A stretch of DNA of 64,000 nucleotides from Bdellovibrionales bacterium (GCA_041739665.1 JBGSNK010000101.1:3310-67309), one strand, 5' to 3'; counted from the stretch's first letter, positions 1-9,664 are shown. The notes: generated by a model from the letters alone, not told the origin. Numbers and translations are program-made.

Positions 1-86
1 GCTTCGGCTTTAGCCGCAGTGAGGGCGTTAAAAAGAGTGCTTTTGCCAACATTTGGTAAACCGACTATTCCACATTGCAAGGCCAT
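1..86 (-). CDS. ychF: Redox-regulated ATPase YchF, N-terminal fragment (runs off the window)
   Basis: Manual translation from ATG at 86 gives [29 protein letters not shown], the YchF P-loop N-terminus; pth-ychF synteny. Confidence 0.93.
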   Translation of the reverse strand, partial: MALQCGIVGLPNVGKSTLFNALTAAKAE

Positions 87-169
87 GTTCCATCCTTAAA
101 AAAGTTTTCAAGTGACATATTACGGATGCAAAGCCAGAAGGCAATAGTTAATCCATTAGCCAATCGGGT

Positions 170-736
170 TTAGACCCTGCGGTTCACAAGTGTAGCCGTT
201 TTTTCAAATCCCGAAAAAATTAAGCTCTCGATTCCATCGCTCACTCGTTCTAAAATATGAGGAACTTCTTTTTGTTCTTCACTACTAAAAGGTTTAAGCA
301 CATAGTTGGCCACATCTAATTTGCCAGAGGGGCGACCCACACCAATTCGAAAACGATAGTATTGGTTGGTACTCAACTTTTCGTGAATATCTTTGATGCC
401 ATTGTGTCCGCCGTGTCCCCGTTCATATTGCAACTTAATTCCACCAAAAGGCTGCTCAATTTCATCGTGTAGAACAATAAGTTTATTGCTGGAAATTTTG
501 TAGAAGTGGCAAAGCTCTTGAACGGCTTCGCCCGAGTTGTTCATATAGGTTTGGGGTTTGGCCATGAGGACTTTTTGACCCTCGATAGAAAAGGCGTAAG
601 TCAGGGATTTGTGTTCTTTTTTTTCTGGAGGGTTGCCAATGCTGTTAATGTAGTAATCAATCGCCATAAAACCAATATTATGGCGAGTGAGTAAATATTT
701 ATTTCCTGGGTTTCCTAAACCAACAACCAGCCACAT
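170..736 (-). CDS. pth: Peptidyl-tRNA hydrolase
   Basis: VGLGNPG, TRHNIGF, KPQTYMNNSG and GGHNG motifs. Confidence 0.97.
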   Translation of the reverse strand: MWLVVGLGNPGNKYLLTRHNIGFMAIDYYINSIGNPPEKKEHKSLTYAFSIEGQKVLMAKPQTYMNNSGEAVQELCHFYKISSNKLIVLHDEIEQPFGGIKLQYERGHGGHNGIKDIHEKLSTNQYYRFRIGVGRPSGKLDVANYVLKPFSSEEQKEVPHILERVSDGIESLIFSGFEKTATLVNRRV

Positions 737-753
737 CGAGTCTAAAAAAGATT

Positions 754-1395
754 TTACTCTTTAGAATCTGTGGTTGAAGCAGTGCCTGTTGCTTCGGTAC
801 CAGCCTCAGCAGCAACTTCCTCTTCTTTTTCTTCACGAGGCAGTGTGAGGGTCAGGATTGTGCGTTCTGAAGGTGTCATCGGTTTGACATTTGAAGCAAA
901 CTTAACATCTGAAACATGTATAGAGTCGCCGACTTCCAAGCCAGAAATATCCACAGAAATAAACTCAGGAATATCTGTAGGGTTGGTCTCGATTTCAATT
1001 TCACGCAGCAATGTTTGGATGAGAGCACCTTCTTCTTTAACGCCTTTAGGCTCGCCTTCAAACTTGATGCTCACGTTGACTCGAATCGTAGCAGCCATGT
1101 CTAGGGCGTAAAGATCAACATGAACAGGGCGACCAGTGCCAGGGTGAGTTTGGATATTTTTAAACATCACTTTTAAGGAGCTCAACTCTTTAGTTTCACT
1201 CTTGGTATCGAAAATTGAGCTTTCATGTCGGGCTCCACTGTGACGAAGAACAAAAAGTTCGTCGACCAAAGCGTTGACGTTTTTCATCTTGGGTCCGTAA
1301 ATAACGGCAGGGATTTTCTTTTCAAGTCGAGCGGCTCTGGATTGTCCTTTGCCTGTTTTTCTTGCGTCCAATTGAACTACGGCTGTTGTGGCCAT
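754..1395 (-). CDS. rplY: 50S ribosomal protein L25 / Ctc
   Basis: IPAVIYG and HVDL motifs, C-terminal beta domain, acidic tail; prs-rplY-pth synteny. Confidence 0.95.
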   Translation of the reverse strand: MATTAVVQLDARKTGKGQSRAARLEKKIPAVIYGPKMKNVNALVDELFVLRHSGARHESSIFDTKSETKELSSLKVMFKNIQTHPGTGRPVHVDLYALDMAATIRVNVSIKFEGEPKGVKEEGALIQTLLREIEIETNPTDIPEFISVDISGLEVGDSIHVSDVKFASNVKPMTPSERTILTLTLPREEKEEEVAAEAGTEATGTASTTDSKE

Positions 1396-1418
1396 GAGCT
1401 TACCTCTTGTTAAAATTA

Positions 1419-2366
1419 TTAATCATCAAACAATGATGAAACCGAAGCATTCCCGTAAATACGAAGAAGGGCTTCAGCCACCACAGGAGCCATTGTGATC
1501 ACTTCCATTTTCCCACTGGCGAGGGCGTCCTCACTTAAGGGAATTGTGTCCGTAACTAGCACCTTCTCTACACCAGATTCGGTCAAACGGTTGACGGCTG
1601 GGCCAGAGAAAAGAGCGTGGGTGGCAACTGCAAACACCCTTTCTGCACCATTTGCAAGGAGACTGTCAACAGCTTGTGTGAGAGTGCCGGCGGTATCGAT
1701 CATATCGTCCACGATGATAGCTGTTTTCTTCTTCACGTCGCCAATAAGGTGCAAAGCTTTTGCTTCGTTTGGACCCGATCTTCTTTTGTCGATAATCGCC
1801 ATTGAGCAATTGATTTTTTTGGCAAAGGCGCGAGCTCTTTCTACGCCACCGGCATCGGGACTGACCACCACGTATTGGTCGCCTGTGCCATAACGGCGTC
1901 GCCACTCGAGGGCCAAAGTGGGGATCGCAAAAAGGTGATCCACAGGGCAGTTAAAGAAGCCTTGAATTTGAGCGGCGTGCAAATCCACGCACACCACGCG
2001 GGTGGCGCCAGCAGCCGTGAGTAGATCGGCCATACATTTGGCGGAAATAGGGGCGCGAGGCGCAACCTTCCGGTCCTGGCGCGCATAGCCATAGTAGGGG
2101 AGCACAGCCGTGACTTGCTTGGCTGAGGCCCTTTTGAGGGCGTCGAGCATGATGAAAAGCTCCATATAGTTTTGATTCACGGGTGGGCACGCACTTTGGA
2201 TGACAAAAACACTGTCACCTCGCACACTTTCGTGAATTTCAACTTGAACCTCTCCGTCAGCAAAGCGCGAGATCTCGCAACTCCCCAACTGCACACCCGC
2301 CGAGCGAGCCACCTTTTGCGAGAAGGGGGTGTTAGAAGTTCCGGAGAATATTTTTATTTGCGACAT
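1419..2366 (-). CDS. prs: Ribose-phosphate pyrophosphokinase
   Basis: FADGE, PYYGYARQDRK, VSPDAGG and IIVDDMIDTAGT motifs. Confidence 0.98.
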   Translation of the reverse strand: MSQIKIFSGTSNTPFSQKVARSAGVQLGSCEISRFADGEVQVEIHESVRGDSVFVIQSACPPVNQNYMELFIMLDALKRASAKQVTAVLPYYGYARQDRKVAPRAPISAKCMADLLTAAGATRVVCVDLHAAQIQGFFNCPVDHLFAIPTLALEWRRRYGTGDQYVVVSPDAGGVERARAFAKKINCSMAIIDKRRSGPNEAKALHLIGDVKKKTAIIVDDMIDTAGTLTQAVDSLLANGAERVFAVATHALFSGPAVNRLTESGVEKVLVTDTIPLSEDALASGKMEVITMAPVVAEALLRIYGNASVSSLFDD

Positions 2367-2404
2367 GACTCACCTCGTTAACATGGAGACAGGGGAATGT
2401 AAAA

Positions 2405-3007
2405 TCATTTTAGCTGAGAAAATTCCTTTAAATACTGCAAAAGCTTTTTGAGGGCTAGGGAACGATGGGAGATGGCATTTTTTTCGGCTGAAGTCATTTC
2501 GCCCAGTGTGCGATCTGAACCTTGGGGTAGAAAGACAGGGTCGTAACCAAAACCACCTGATCCACGGGCTTTTTCTGCAATGGAACCTTCTAATATCCCT
2601 GTAAAAAAGTGCTCATCACCCGCAGGAGAAATCGCGCAGAGATAGCATTCAAAGTGAGCCTCTCGTTGACTGCCACATCGAATTTGCATCATTTTTAAGA
2701 GTTTGGCGTTATTTTCAGAGGGTTGAGCCTTGGGACCAGCATAGCGAGCTGAATGAACTCCGGGCAGTCCGCCAAGTCCTTTCACCACCAGGCCCGAGTC
2801 ATCAGAAACAGTCCAAGACTCGGGTTTAACAGAGTGTAGGGCGCGGGCTTTGATAAGGGCGTTGGCCTGAAAACTGTCACCATCTTCGGGCGGTTGAGAA
2901 AAATAACTCAACTCATCTTGGCTGTGGATTTCAAAATCCAAAGCATCCATTAAATTTTTAAATTCGTTGAGCTTTCCTTTGTTTCCAGTGGCTAGCCAAA
3001 GCTCCAT
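2405..3007 (-). CDS. rdgB: RdgB/HAM1 non-canonical purine NTP pyrophosphatase
   Basis: LATGNKGK, DDSGL, PGVHSARY, GFGYDPVF and KNAISHR motifs; ATG overlaps the rph stop (TGATG). Confidence 0.96.
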   Translation of the reverse strand: MELWLATGNKGKLNEFKNLMDALDFEIHSQDELSYFSQPPEDGDSFQANALIKARALHSVKPESWTVSDDSGLVVKGLGGLPGVHSARYAGPKAQPSENNAKLLKMMQIRCGSQREAHFECYLCAISPAGDEHFFTGILEGSIAEKARGSGGFGYDPVFLPQGSDRTLGEMTSAEKNAISHRSLALKKLLQYLKEFSQLK

Positions 3008-3747
3008 CAAAGAACCCCGTCCAAATCCACGCCAGCCTCTTTAAGGACAGTGGCTTGATTCTGGTGGAGAGTTTCGCAGCCCCTGATAGCTAAATCTAAC
3101 ATTTGGTCAAATTGGCTGCGGGTGAAGCTGGTGTCTTCGGCGGTGCCTTGGATTTCCACCAGGCCACCTTTGTTGTTGATCACAAAATTGCAGTCAGTAT
3201 CTGCGTTGCTGTCTTCCTGGTAGCAAAGATCGAGCAAACAGTTGTCGTCAAGAATTCCAACACTGACAGCCGAGGTTAAATTCAACAAAGGATTTTCCTT
3301 AACTAGATCTTTTTGACGAAGGTAATGAATAGCTAGCGCCAGAGCCACATACCCACCGGTAACAGCGGCAGTACGAGTGCCTCCGTCAGCTTGTAAGACG
3401 TCGCAGTCCACAGTGATCTGAACATCTTTGAGTTTGTAAAGATTCACACAACTTCGCAAGGAGCGTCCAATAAGACGAGAAATTTCCTGGGAGCGCCCTG
3501 AACTTGCCGTTTTTTCTCGGCGCATTCTTTCGTGGGTAGAACGGGGAAGCATTCCGTATTCGGCAGAAATCCAACCCTTGTCTTGTCCCTGTAACCACTT
3601 GGGCACTTGGCTTTCAACACTGGCACTACAGGCCACATGAGTGTGTCCAAACTGAACAAGGGCACTGCCCTCTGCATAGCGATTGAAGTTGGGGCGAATG
3701 ATCACCTCTCTGAGATGATCGGGATGGCGTTTATCGTGTCTGAACAT
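3007..3747 (-). CDS. rph: Ribonuclease PH
   Basis: AEYGMLPRST, GRSQEISRLIGRSLR, DCDVLQADGGTRTA and EIQGTAE motifs. Confidence 0.97.
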   Translation of the reverse strand: MFRHDKRHPDHLREVIIRPNFNRYAEGSALVQFGHTHVACSASVESQVPKWLQGQDKGWISAEYGMLPRSTHERMRREKTASSGRSQEISRLIGRSLRSCVNLYKLKDVQITVDCDVLQADGGTRTAAVTGGYVALALAIHYLRQKDLVKENPLLNLTSAVSVGILDDNCLLDLCYQEDSNADTDCNFVINNKGGLVEIQGTAEDTSFTRSQFDQMLDLAIRGCETLHQNQATVLKEAGVDLDGVL

Positions 3748-4489
3748 CCCCAGCTTGTAGAATACTCGAGGGAAGTTTGTCTATGTTTTTCGCATAGTCC
3801 TTTAATGCAAGATGAATTTTCTTCACCAATTGCCATTGATAGTGAGAATCACGCAACAGAGCTCTCTCTTGCGGGTTGGATAAATAACCAACTTCAACAA
3901 GAACAGATGGAACTGAGTTGTGATTGAGAACATAGAATGGGCCCTGCCGAATCATTTTCTTTTTTTTCTTCTTCCAATTTTTTCGTAAGTAAGTGCTGAC
4001 TTGGTAACTTTTTAAGATGCGATTTGATTTTTTCAAATCAAACAAAATACTTTCCACATCGCCACTGGGTTCATTGGGTTTTTTTGTACTGTGCTGAAGT
4101 TCATTGTGAGCCAAGAGTTGACTCTCTTGATCGGGAGGGAGTTGGCTTTCGATATAAAACTCAGCACCTTTTGCAATCGCTTTGGGATGGGCGTTGGCGT
4201 GAACACTGATAAAAAGATCCGTGCCCCATTGCTCAGCTTTTTGCACGCGTTCTTCTAAAGAGAGGTCTTGATCTTGACTGCGCAATAATGTGACTTTGAA
4301 AGAAGAATCTTTTTGAAGTTGCTGGTACAGCTTTTGACTGATCTCAAGATTGATTTCGGCCTCGACAAGACCGCCGTGTTGGGCGCCCTTATCTTCACCA
4401 CCATGACCTGGGTCCACACAAACGCGAAGGGCTCCCCAGCTCGAGTTAGAAAAAATGAGAGTTGTAAAGAAAACAGATAAGAGAGTCAT
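3731..4489 (-). CDS. N-acetylmuramoyl-L-alanine amidase (Amidase_3) with signal peptide
   Basis: DPGHGG, E, SVHAN and LVEVGYLSN zinc-amidase motifs; start placed at ATG 4489 (MTLLSVFF signal peptide). Confidence 0.9.
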   Translation of the reverse strand: MTLLSVFFTTLIFSNSSWGALRVCVDPGHGGEDKGAQHGGLVEAEINLEISQKLYQQLQKDSSFKVTLLRSQDQDLSLEERVQKAEQWGTDLFISVHANAHPKAIAKGAEFYIESQLPPDQESQLLAHNELQHSTKKPNEPSGDVESILFDLKKSNRILKSYQVSTYLRKNWKKKKKKMIRQGPFYVLNHNSVPSVLVEVGYLSNPQERALLRDSHYQWQLVKKIHLALKDYAKNIDKLPSSILQAGDVQTR

Positions 4490-4725
4490 AAAGTCATGAT
4501 ACAGGAAGGCTGTTGGGTCTGAAAACTTGAGTGTGAAATACAGCCCTAGGGGAAGGTCATTGAGCTCCCAAGTATAAGGTGTCTTAGGCTTCCGTCGAGG
4601 AGCCTGCGGGGAGAGGCTCAATTTGGAAAAAAAAGTGCTTTATTTTACCAATTCACGGTGATACATAGCCCAAGCCATATGTCTATTTGGCAAGCCCAGA
4701 TTTCCCTTGGAAAGGAGGGCCACCG

Positions 4726-5844
4726 ATGCTTCATGTTGATTTACCGACTCAATCTGAAATTGATCTGCTCGCCGCTCATCGCGCTTCGCCAGCCTTGTCG
4801 ATCTATATTCCCACGACTCCACTCACGCAGCAGGCGCAGGCCGACCGAATTGCATTGAAAAATGCGCTTCGCGATGGGATCGCTCAACTCGCGGCAAGTG
4901 AGATAAGTAAGCGCATGATCGCTCCAATCGAAGAAGAAATATCAGAGATCATCGAAGACGACCTGTTCTGGGACACGCAGGCCAACGGCCTTGCCATATT
5001 TGCCGGGCCAACTTTTTTGCGCACATTTCGTCTGCCAACTCGACTTGAGCCGAGCGTTCAGGTTTCAGATCGGTTCCACCTCAAGCCCTTGTTGAGATCC
5101 GTCACCTTCCCTCAAAACGCCTTTGTACTGGCCATCAGTATCGGCGGTGTGCGTCTTGTCGAGGTATCTGCCGACCTGCCGGCCCATGAGGTGAACGTAC
5201 CAGACCTGCCCAATAACTTCAGTGACGCCCTCGGCAGGCGAAGCCACTTGGAACAAGGGACGATGGGCAAAACGGGGAACATGAGTGAGAATGCGCTGCT
5301 GAACCGCTATGCCCGCGTGGTCGACACCGCATTGCGCGGTATTCTGACCGGACACGAGCGCCCCCTGATCATCGCAGCCAGTGAACCGCTTGCCTCGATC
5401 TACCGCACGATTTCTAGCTACCCGCACACAGCAGACATGGTCATCGGCGGAAATGCTGAACGGACGCCCGATCACGAGCTTGCAGCTTCGGCTCGGGAGA
5501 TCCTCGATGCTCTCAACTCTGAGCGCCTTAGCACATTGTCAGCTCTCTATGTAAAACGCGAAAGCCAAGGTCGCGCCACCGGCGACATCGCTCAAGCCGC
5601 CAGAGCCGCTACTTTTGGCGCCATCGACACACTCATTGTCGATATGAACGACACTGTTCCAGGTCGAGTGGACGAAGAATCCGGTGTGGTCACCTTTGCA
5701 GATCATGCCGGCGCTGACTCTTACGGAGTGATCGACGAAATCGTGTCCCGTGCAATGAAATCGGGAGCGACAATTGTCTCGGCACGCAGGGAAGATATTC
5801 CGGGTGGCGGTAGCCTCGCTGCAATCCAACGTTTCGCCTTTTGA
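4726..5844 (+). CDS. Bacterial archaeo-eukaryotic release factor-like (baeRF / Balon-like) protein
   Basis: LSIYIPTTP, GLAIFA, VSDRFHLKPLL, PLIIAA and AATFGAIDTLIV motifs of baeRF3/11-type proteins; no GGQ; SD AAAGGAGG before ATG 4726. Confidence 0.8.
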   Translation: MLHVDLPTQSEIDLLAAHRASPALSIYIPTTPLTQQAQADRIALKNALRDGIAQLAASEISKRMIAPIEEEISEIIEDDLFWDTQANGLAIFAGPTFLRTFRLPTRLEPSVQVSDRFHLKPLLRSVTFPQNAFVLAISIGGVRLVEVSADLPAHEVNVPDLPNNFSDALGRRSHLEQGTMGKTGNMSENALLNRYARVVDTALRGILTGHERPLIIAASEPLASIYRTISSYPHTADMVIGGNAERTPDHELAASAREILDALNSERLSTLSALYVKRESQGRATGDIAQAARAATFGAIDTLIVDMNDTVPGRVDEESGVVTFADHAGADSYGVIDEIVSRAMKSGATIVSARREDIPGGGSLAAIQRFAF

Positions 5845-5952
5845 TTATGGGCCTATGCATTCCATAGTTTTGATAAAATTTCTATACTAAACAACCTTAG
5901 TTGTCCTCTTAAAACACTTCACCTATGGTGCCAAATTAAGAGGTGACCATAT

Positions 5953-7383
5953 ATGAGTCAAAACGTTCAAAAACTTTCACTTTTTGCGCTCACCGGCTTG
6001 GTTGTTGGTTCAATGGTTGGTGCAGGCATCTTCAATTTACCAGGTCGATTTGGCATGGCCACGGGCCCTTTTGGAGCCATGATAGCCTGGTTGATCGCCG
6101 GTACTGGCATGTATATGTTGGCCAGGGTCTTTCAAACCCTAGCTGAGCGGCAACCCCATATTGATGCAGGTGTTTTCGCCTACGCCAAAGCGGGTTTTGG
6201 TGATTATGTTGGATTTATTTCTGCTTTTGGATATTGGTTAGGGGTTGTCCTTGGGAACACTTTCTACTGGGTTCTAATTGGTACAACTCTTGGTAATTTT
6301 TTTCCTGGCTTTGGTGACGGCAGTACTTTGTTTGCCATCTTAACCTCCCTTTTTGGAATTTGGGCCTTTCACTTCATGATTATTCGCGGTGTACAAAGTG
6401 CAACATTTGTTAATACGGTGGTCACAATCGCAAAGATCATTCCTATCATTGTTGCCGTTATTTTTATGATCATTGCCTTTAACTTTGACCAATTTAAAGA
6501 AAACTTTTTTGGTGGAGTTGGCATGCCTGAAAAGGCTCTGATTGAACAAGTTCGCGATACTATGTTGATCACAGTTTTTGTATTTTTAGGAATTGAGGGA
6601 GCAAGCGTTTACTCTCGCTTTGCAAAGACCCGCGCCGATGTAGGGCGTGCGACAATGTTGGGTTTTGTTGGAGTGACAGGGCTCATGCTCGCTGTGACTA
6701 TTTTGCCCTATGGTAACGCTCCTCAAGCCGAAATTGCCGCATTGACTAACCCCTCTCTTGCGGGGGCTCTTGAAAATTTAGTCGGCCGCTGGGGCAGTGT
6801 CTTTATCTCGGTAGGTGTTCTTGTATCTGTTTTAGGAGCTTTTCTGGCTTGGTCTCTTATTTGTGCAGAAATTCCTTTTGCTGCAGCTCAATCAAAAGAT
6901 ATGCCTGGTTTTTTTGCGAGACAAAACGCAAATAAAGTTCCATCCACAGCTCTGCTTATTTCAAATTTACTTGTTTCTCTTTTTATTATTTCAACTTATT
7001 GGTCAAGTGATGCCTTCTGGTTCATGCTCAATATGGCCTCGGTAACATCGCTGATTCCCTACCTGTTGGTGGCGGGATACGGGTGTTTAATGGCTCATCG
7101 CTTTGATGGCTACAAAAAAGGCGAAGCTCATTTGGCAAAAGTTGATTTTAGGATTTCCATTATTGCTGTTGCCTACACCCTCATCATGTTTTTGGCGGCA
7201 GGGATTAAGTACATTATTTTGGTCACTCTACTGATTGCCCCGGGAACTGTTTTGTATATTTGGGCAAGACGCGAGCAAAAATTAGTTATTTTCAAAGGCT
7301 ATGAGAAAGTCATCTTTATATCCGTCTTGCTCGGCGCAGCTGTTGGCTTGATCGCCTTATTAACCCATCAAATCACCCCATAA
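5953..7383 (+). CDS. arcD: Arginine/ornithine antiporter (APC family)
   Basis: LVVGSMVGAGIF and FLGIEGA APC motifs, about 12-13 hydrophobic segments, directly upstream of arcA. Confidence 0.88.
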   Translation: MSQNVQKLSLFALTGLVVGSMVGAGIFNLPGRFGMATGPFGAMIAWLIAGTGMYMLARVFQTLAERQPHIDAGVFAYAKAGFGDYVGFISAFGYWLGVVLGNTFYWVLIGTTLGNFFPGFGDGSTLFAILTSLFGIWAFHFMIIRGVQSATFVNTVVTIAKIIPIIVAVIFMIIAFNFDQFKENFFGGVGMPEKALIEQVRDTMLITVFVFLGIEGASVYSRFAKTRADVGRATMLGFVGVTGLMLAVTILPYGNAPQAEIAALTNPSLAGALENLVGRWGSVFISVGVLVSVLGAFLAWSLICAEIPFAAAQSKDMPGFFARQNANKVPSTALLISNLLVSLFIISTYWSSDAFWFMLNMASVTSLIPYLLVAGYGCLMAHRFDGYKKGEAHLAKVDFRISIIAVAYTLIMFLAAGIKYIILVTLLIAPGTVLYIWARREQKLVIFKGYEKVIFISVLLGAAVGLIALLTHQITP

Positions 7384-7397
7384 TCTAAGGAGTTTTT

Positions 7398-8642
7398 ATG
7401 TCAGAAAAAAAATTTGGAGTTCATTCTGAAGTTGGTCAATTACGCAAAGTTTTAGTTTGCTCGCCCGGAAGAGCTCATGAGAGATTAACACCTTCAAACT
7501 GTGATGACTTACTCTTTGATGATGTGATGTGGGTTGAAGCTGCCAAACGGGATCATCTTGATTTTTGTTTGAAACTCAAAGACAGAGGTGTCGAAGTACT
7601 AGAAATGCATGATCTCCTTGGTCAGACTGTGAATATCCCTGAGGCCAGAAGGTGGATTCTCGATAACCGTGTAACAGCCAATGAAGTGGGTCTTGAGCTT
7701 ATGGACGAGGTTCGAGCCTACTTGAATGATGTACCCAGTGCCGAGTTAGCGCAGATTCTGATAGGAGGACTCTCTGTCGAGGAATTTACGGGCGCGACCC
7801 ATGCGACTGACCTTTCAAAAATGATCCGACAGTCCCCTGGAATTAGTCAATACCTGATTTCACCCCTGCCTAATACCCTTTACACTCGTGATACTACCTC
7901 ATGGATTTATGGTGGAACTACGGTCAATCCACTTTATTGGCCAGCTCGCCAGGATGAAACCCTGCTAACCACAGCGATTTATAAATTCCACCCTGATTTT
8001 GCCGGAAAAGTAAAAGTTTGGTGGGGAAATCCAGAACAACACAGCGGTCTTGCCACTGTAGAAGGCGGAGATGTTATGCCAATAGGCAATCGTACCGTTT
8101 TGGTCGGACTTTCTGAACGCACTTCACATCAAGGAATTGCACTGCTGGCTAAAGCATTATTTGAGCAAGATGTCGTTGACCATGTTCTCGTCGCCGGAAT
8201 GCCAAAGCTTCGAGCCGCAATGCACCTGGACACCGTCTTCACATTTGCAGATCGCGACTGTGTTCTCATTTATCCTGATATTGTGAATTCAATTTCTGCT
8301 TATAGTATTCGTCCCGGCCAAAATGGTCGCTTTGATATTCGAAACAACGATAAAGGTTGGACGGAGGCTGTTCGTGAAGCATTAAACCTCAAAAAACTTC
8401 GAGTTGTTGAAACGGGTGGTAATGCCTATATGAGAGAGAGAACTCAGTGGGATTCAGGAGCCAATTTAGTTTGTGCCTCTCCTGGAGTGGTCTTTGCTTA
8501 TGATAGAAATACCTATACCAACACTCTGCTTCGCAAAGAAGGGATTGAAGTGATTACGATTCCTGGTGCCGAGCTTGGTCGGGGACGTGGCGGTGGACAC
8601 TGTATGACTTGTCCAATCAGTCGAGACCCGATCGATCTTTAA
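7398..8642 (+). CDS. arcA: Arginine deiminase
   Basis: [33 protein letters not shown] and [11 protein letters not shown] catalytic motifs. Confidence 0.97.
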   Translation: MSEKKFGVHSEVGQLRKVLVCSPGRAHERLTPSNCDDLLFDDVMWVEAAKRDHLDFCLKLKDRGVEVLEMHDLLGQTVNIPEARRWILDNRVTANEVGLELMDEVRAYLNDVPSAELAQILIGGLSVEEFTGATHATDLSKMIRQSPGISQYLISPLPNTLYTRDTTSWIYGGTTVNPLYWPARQDETLLTTAIYKFHPDFAGKVKVWWGNPEQHSGLATVEGGDVMPIGNRTVLVGLSERTSHQGIALLAKALFEQDVVDHVLVAGMPKLRAAMHLDTVFTFADRDCVLIYPDIVNSISAYSIRPGQNGRFDIRNNDKGWTEAVREALNLKKLRVVETGGNAYMRERTQWDSGANLVCASPGVVFAYDRNTYTNTLLRKEGIEVITIPGAELGRGRGGGHCMTCPISRDPIDL

Positions 8643-8710
8643 AAATTATTTATAATTTATCCTGCGCGACAGGAAAATCTCTGTTTGATATCTGGCTCTC
8701 TGGCCAGAGA

Positions 8711-8758
8711 CTTTGAGGCTTTGAGGCTTTGAGGCTTTGAGGTCTTGAGGTCTTGAGG
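8711..8758. repeat. Tandem 8-bp repeat, (CTTTGAGG)4(TCTTGAGG)2
   Basis: Read directly from the sequence, in the convergent intergenic region after arcA. Confidence 0.95.
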
Positions 8759-8900
8759 TCAGTTGAGTTTTACTTCCGCTGCGGAAGTGATTTCTTGTGA
8801 GAGAAAGATTTAGACTTCGCTCTGGATGTCCTTTCATTTGAGCAGTCTCTAGAGCTACAGAGTTGCATATTCTAGTTTGTTTTTTAAAGGTCTCGAAAGT

Positions 8901-9413
8901 CTATTTGATGTTAAACTTCTTCTTATAAGCTTCTCTGCACTTTCTTTGATTTAAGGGGTGGAGGCGTTGGCAATCTTCAAGACATTGGATTTTCATGTTA
9001 CGAAAAAATAGATCGCCAGTTTTTGTTCCGCATCCATTTTGTGGATCCCACCTTTTGGCTTTTAAAGGCCCATTCGAACTTTCATTTTCTTTAGCATTGG
9101 CATTTTTTTTCTGAGCCCCTTCTTTGTTTAAAGACACAATCGTGCAGCTATGACCATAGAGTGGAAAAAGATAAAGCCAGCTTTTACTTTCCACAGTGGC
9201 CACGTCAGCTGGAGTTAAGTTGTTTTCTCTTAAAACAGTATCAATACGTTTGCGTTCTGCAAAAGTAGGAAAGCCAAAGATATAGTCGGTACAACTTTCA
9301 ATCTGGAAGTTCGAAGGTTCTCCCTGACCAATCGAGACAGGGCCCTAATGGGAGCAGTTTGTGAAAAAAAAGAAGCCGCTGAAGACAAAGCAAATTTTGT
9401 TTAATTTGAACAT
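8901..9413 (-). pseudogene. Putative small lipoprotein (TRL/Bor-like) interrupted by one in-frame TAG at 9345-9347
   Basis: SD GGGAG then ATG 9413: MFKLNKICFVFSGFFFFTNCSH*GPVSIGQGEPSNFQIESCTDYIFGFP..., continuing in frame into the 8901-9203 ORF (..LFPLYGHSCTIVSL..). Confidence 0.7.
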
Positions 9414-9549
9414 TTGAAAACTCCCGAGGTTATCATCGAGATTTCTACTTAATACGCGTCATTAACTTTGGCAATGGGTGTAGGGTGAGGGTTCTCCGCT
9501 TTTAAATAGGGTCTAAACCATGGAGAGAGAGTCTGTGGGCCGCCCCAAA

Positions 9550-9584
9550 TTGTCACCGTTGACAAGAATGGTCACTGTTGAAAA
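9550..9584. promoter_or_regulatory. Tandem palindromic operator/enhancer-like sites TTGTCA-N4-TGACAA and TGGTCA-N4-TGAAAA
   Basis: Perfect palindrome at 9550-9565 and a degenerate copy at 9569-9584. Confidence 0.55.
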
Positions 9585-9647
9585 AGGGCGCCATTGTCTA
9601 AGTAGCTGAGAAGACTTGTTATTTATTTTGGCTCAGGAAAAAAGTGG

Positions 9648-9664
9648 TTGGCCTTTTGTTTGCT
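9648..9664 (+). promoter_or_regulatory. Putative sigma54 (-24/-12) promoter
   Basis: TTGGCCTTTTGTTTGCT: TGGC and TTGC with exact GG-N10-GC spacing. Confidence 0.55.

Noticed and set aside
2367-2404. tRNA gene often found near prs or rdgB
   Set aside because: The gap is only 38 bp; no cloverleaf was seen here or elsewhere in the window
3954-3975. Phase variation at the poly-Lys (A-rich) tract of the amidase
   Set aside because: The run is interrupted (longest about 8 nt) and the frame is intact
5845-5952. FNR/ANR or ArgR box upstream of arcD
   Set aside because: Only TTGAT half-sites, with no matching ATCAA at the right spacing
8711-8758. Possible CRISPR array
   Set aside because: Repeats are 8 bp and contiguous with no spacers; no cas genes
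8646-8837. 63-aa ORF with repetitive sequence
   Set aside because: By-product of the 8-bp tandem repeat; no RBS or family features
9345-9347. Genetic-code reassignment or pyrrolysine at the in-frame TAG
   Set aside because: TAG terminates clear genes here (hpf, rpmI) and no pyl genes are in the window; nonsense mutation or sequencing error is simpler
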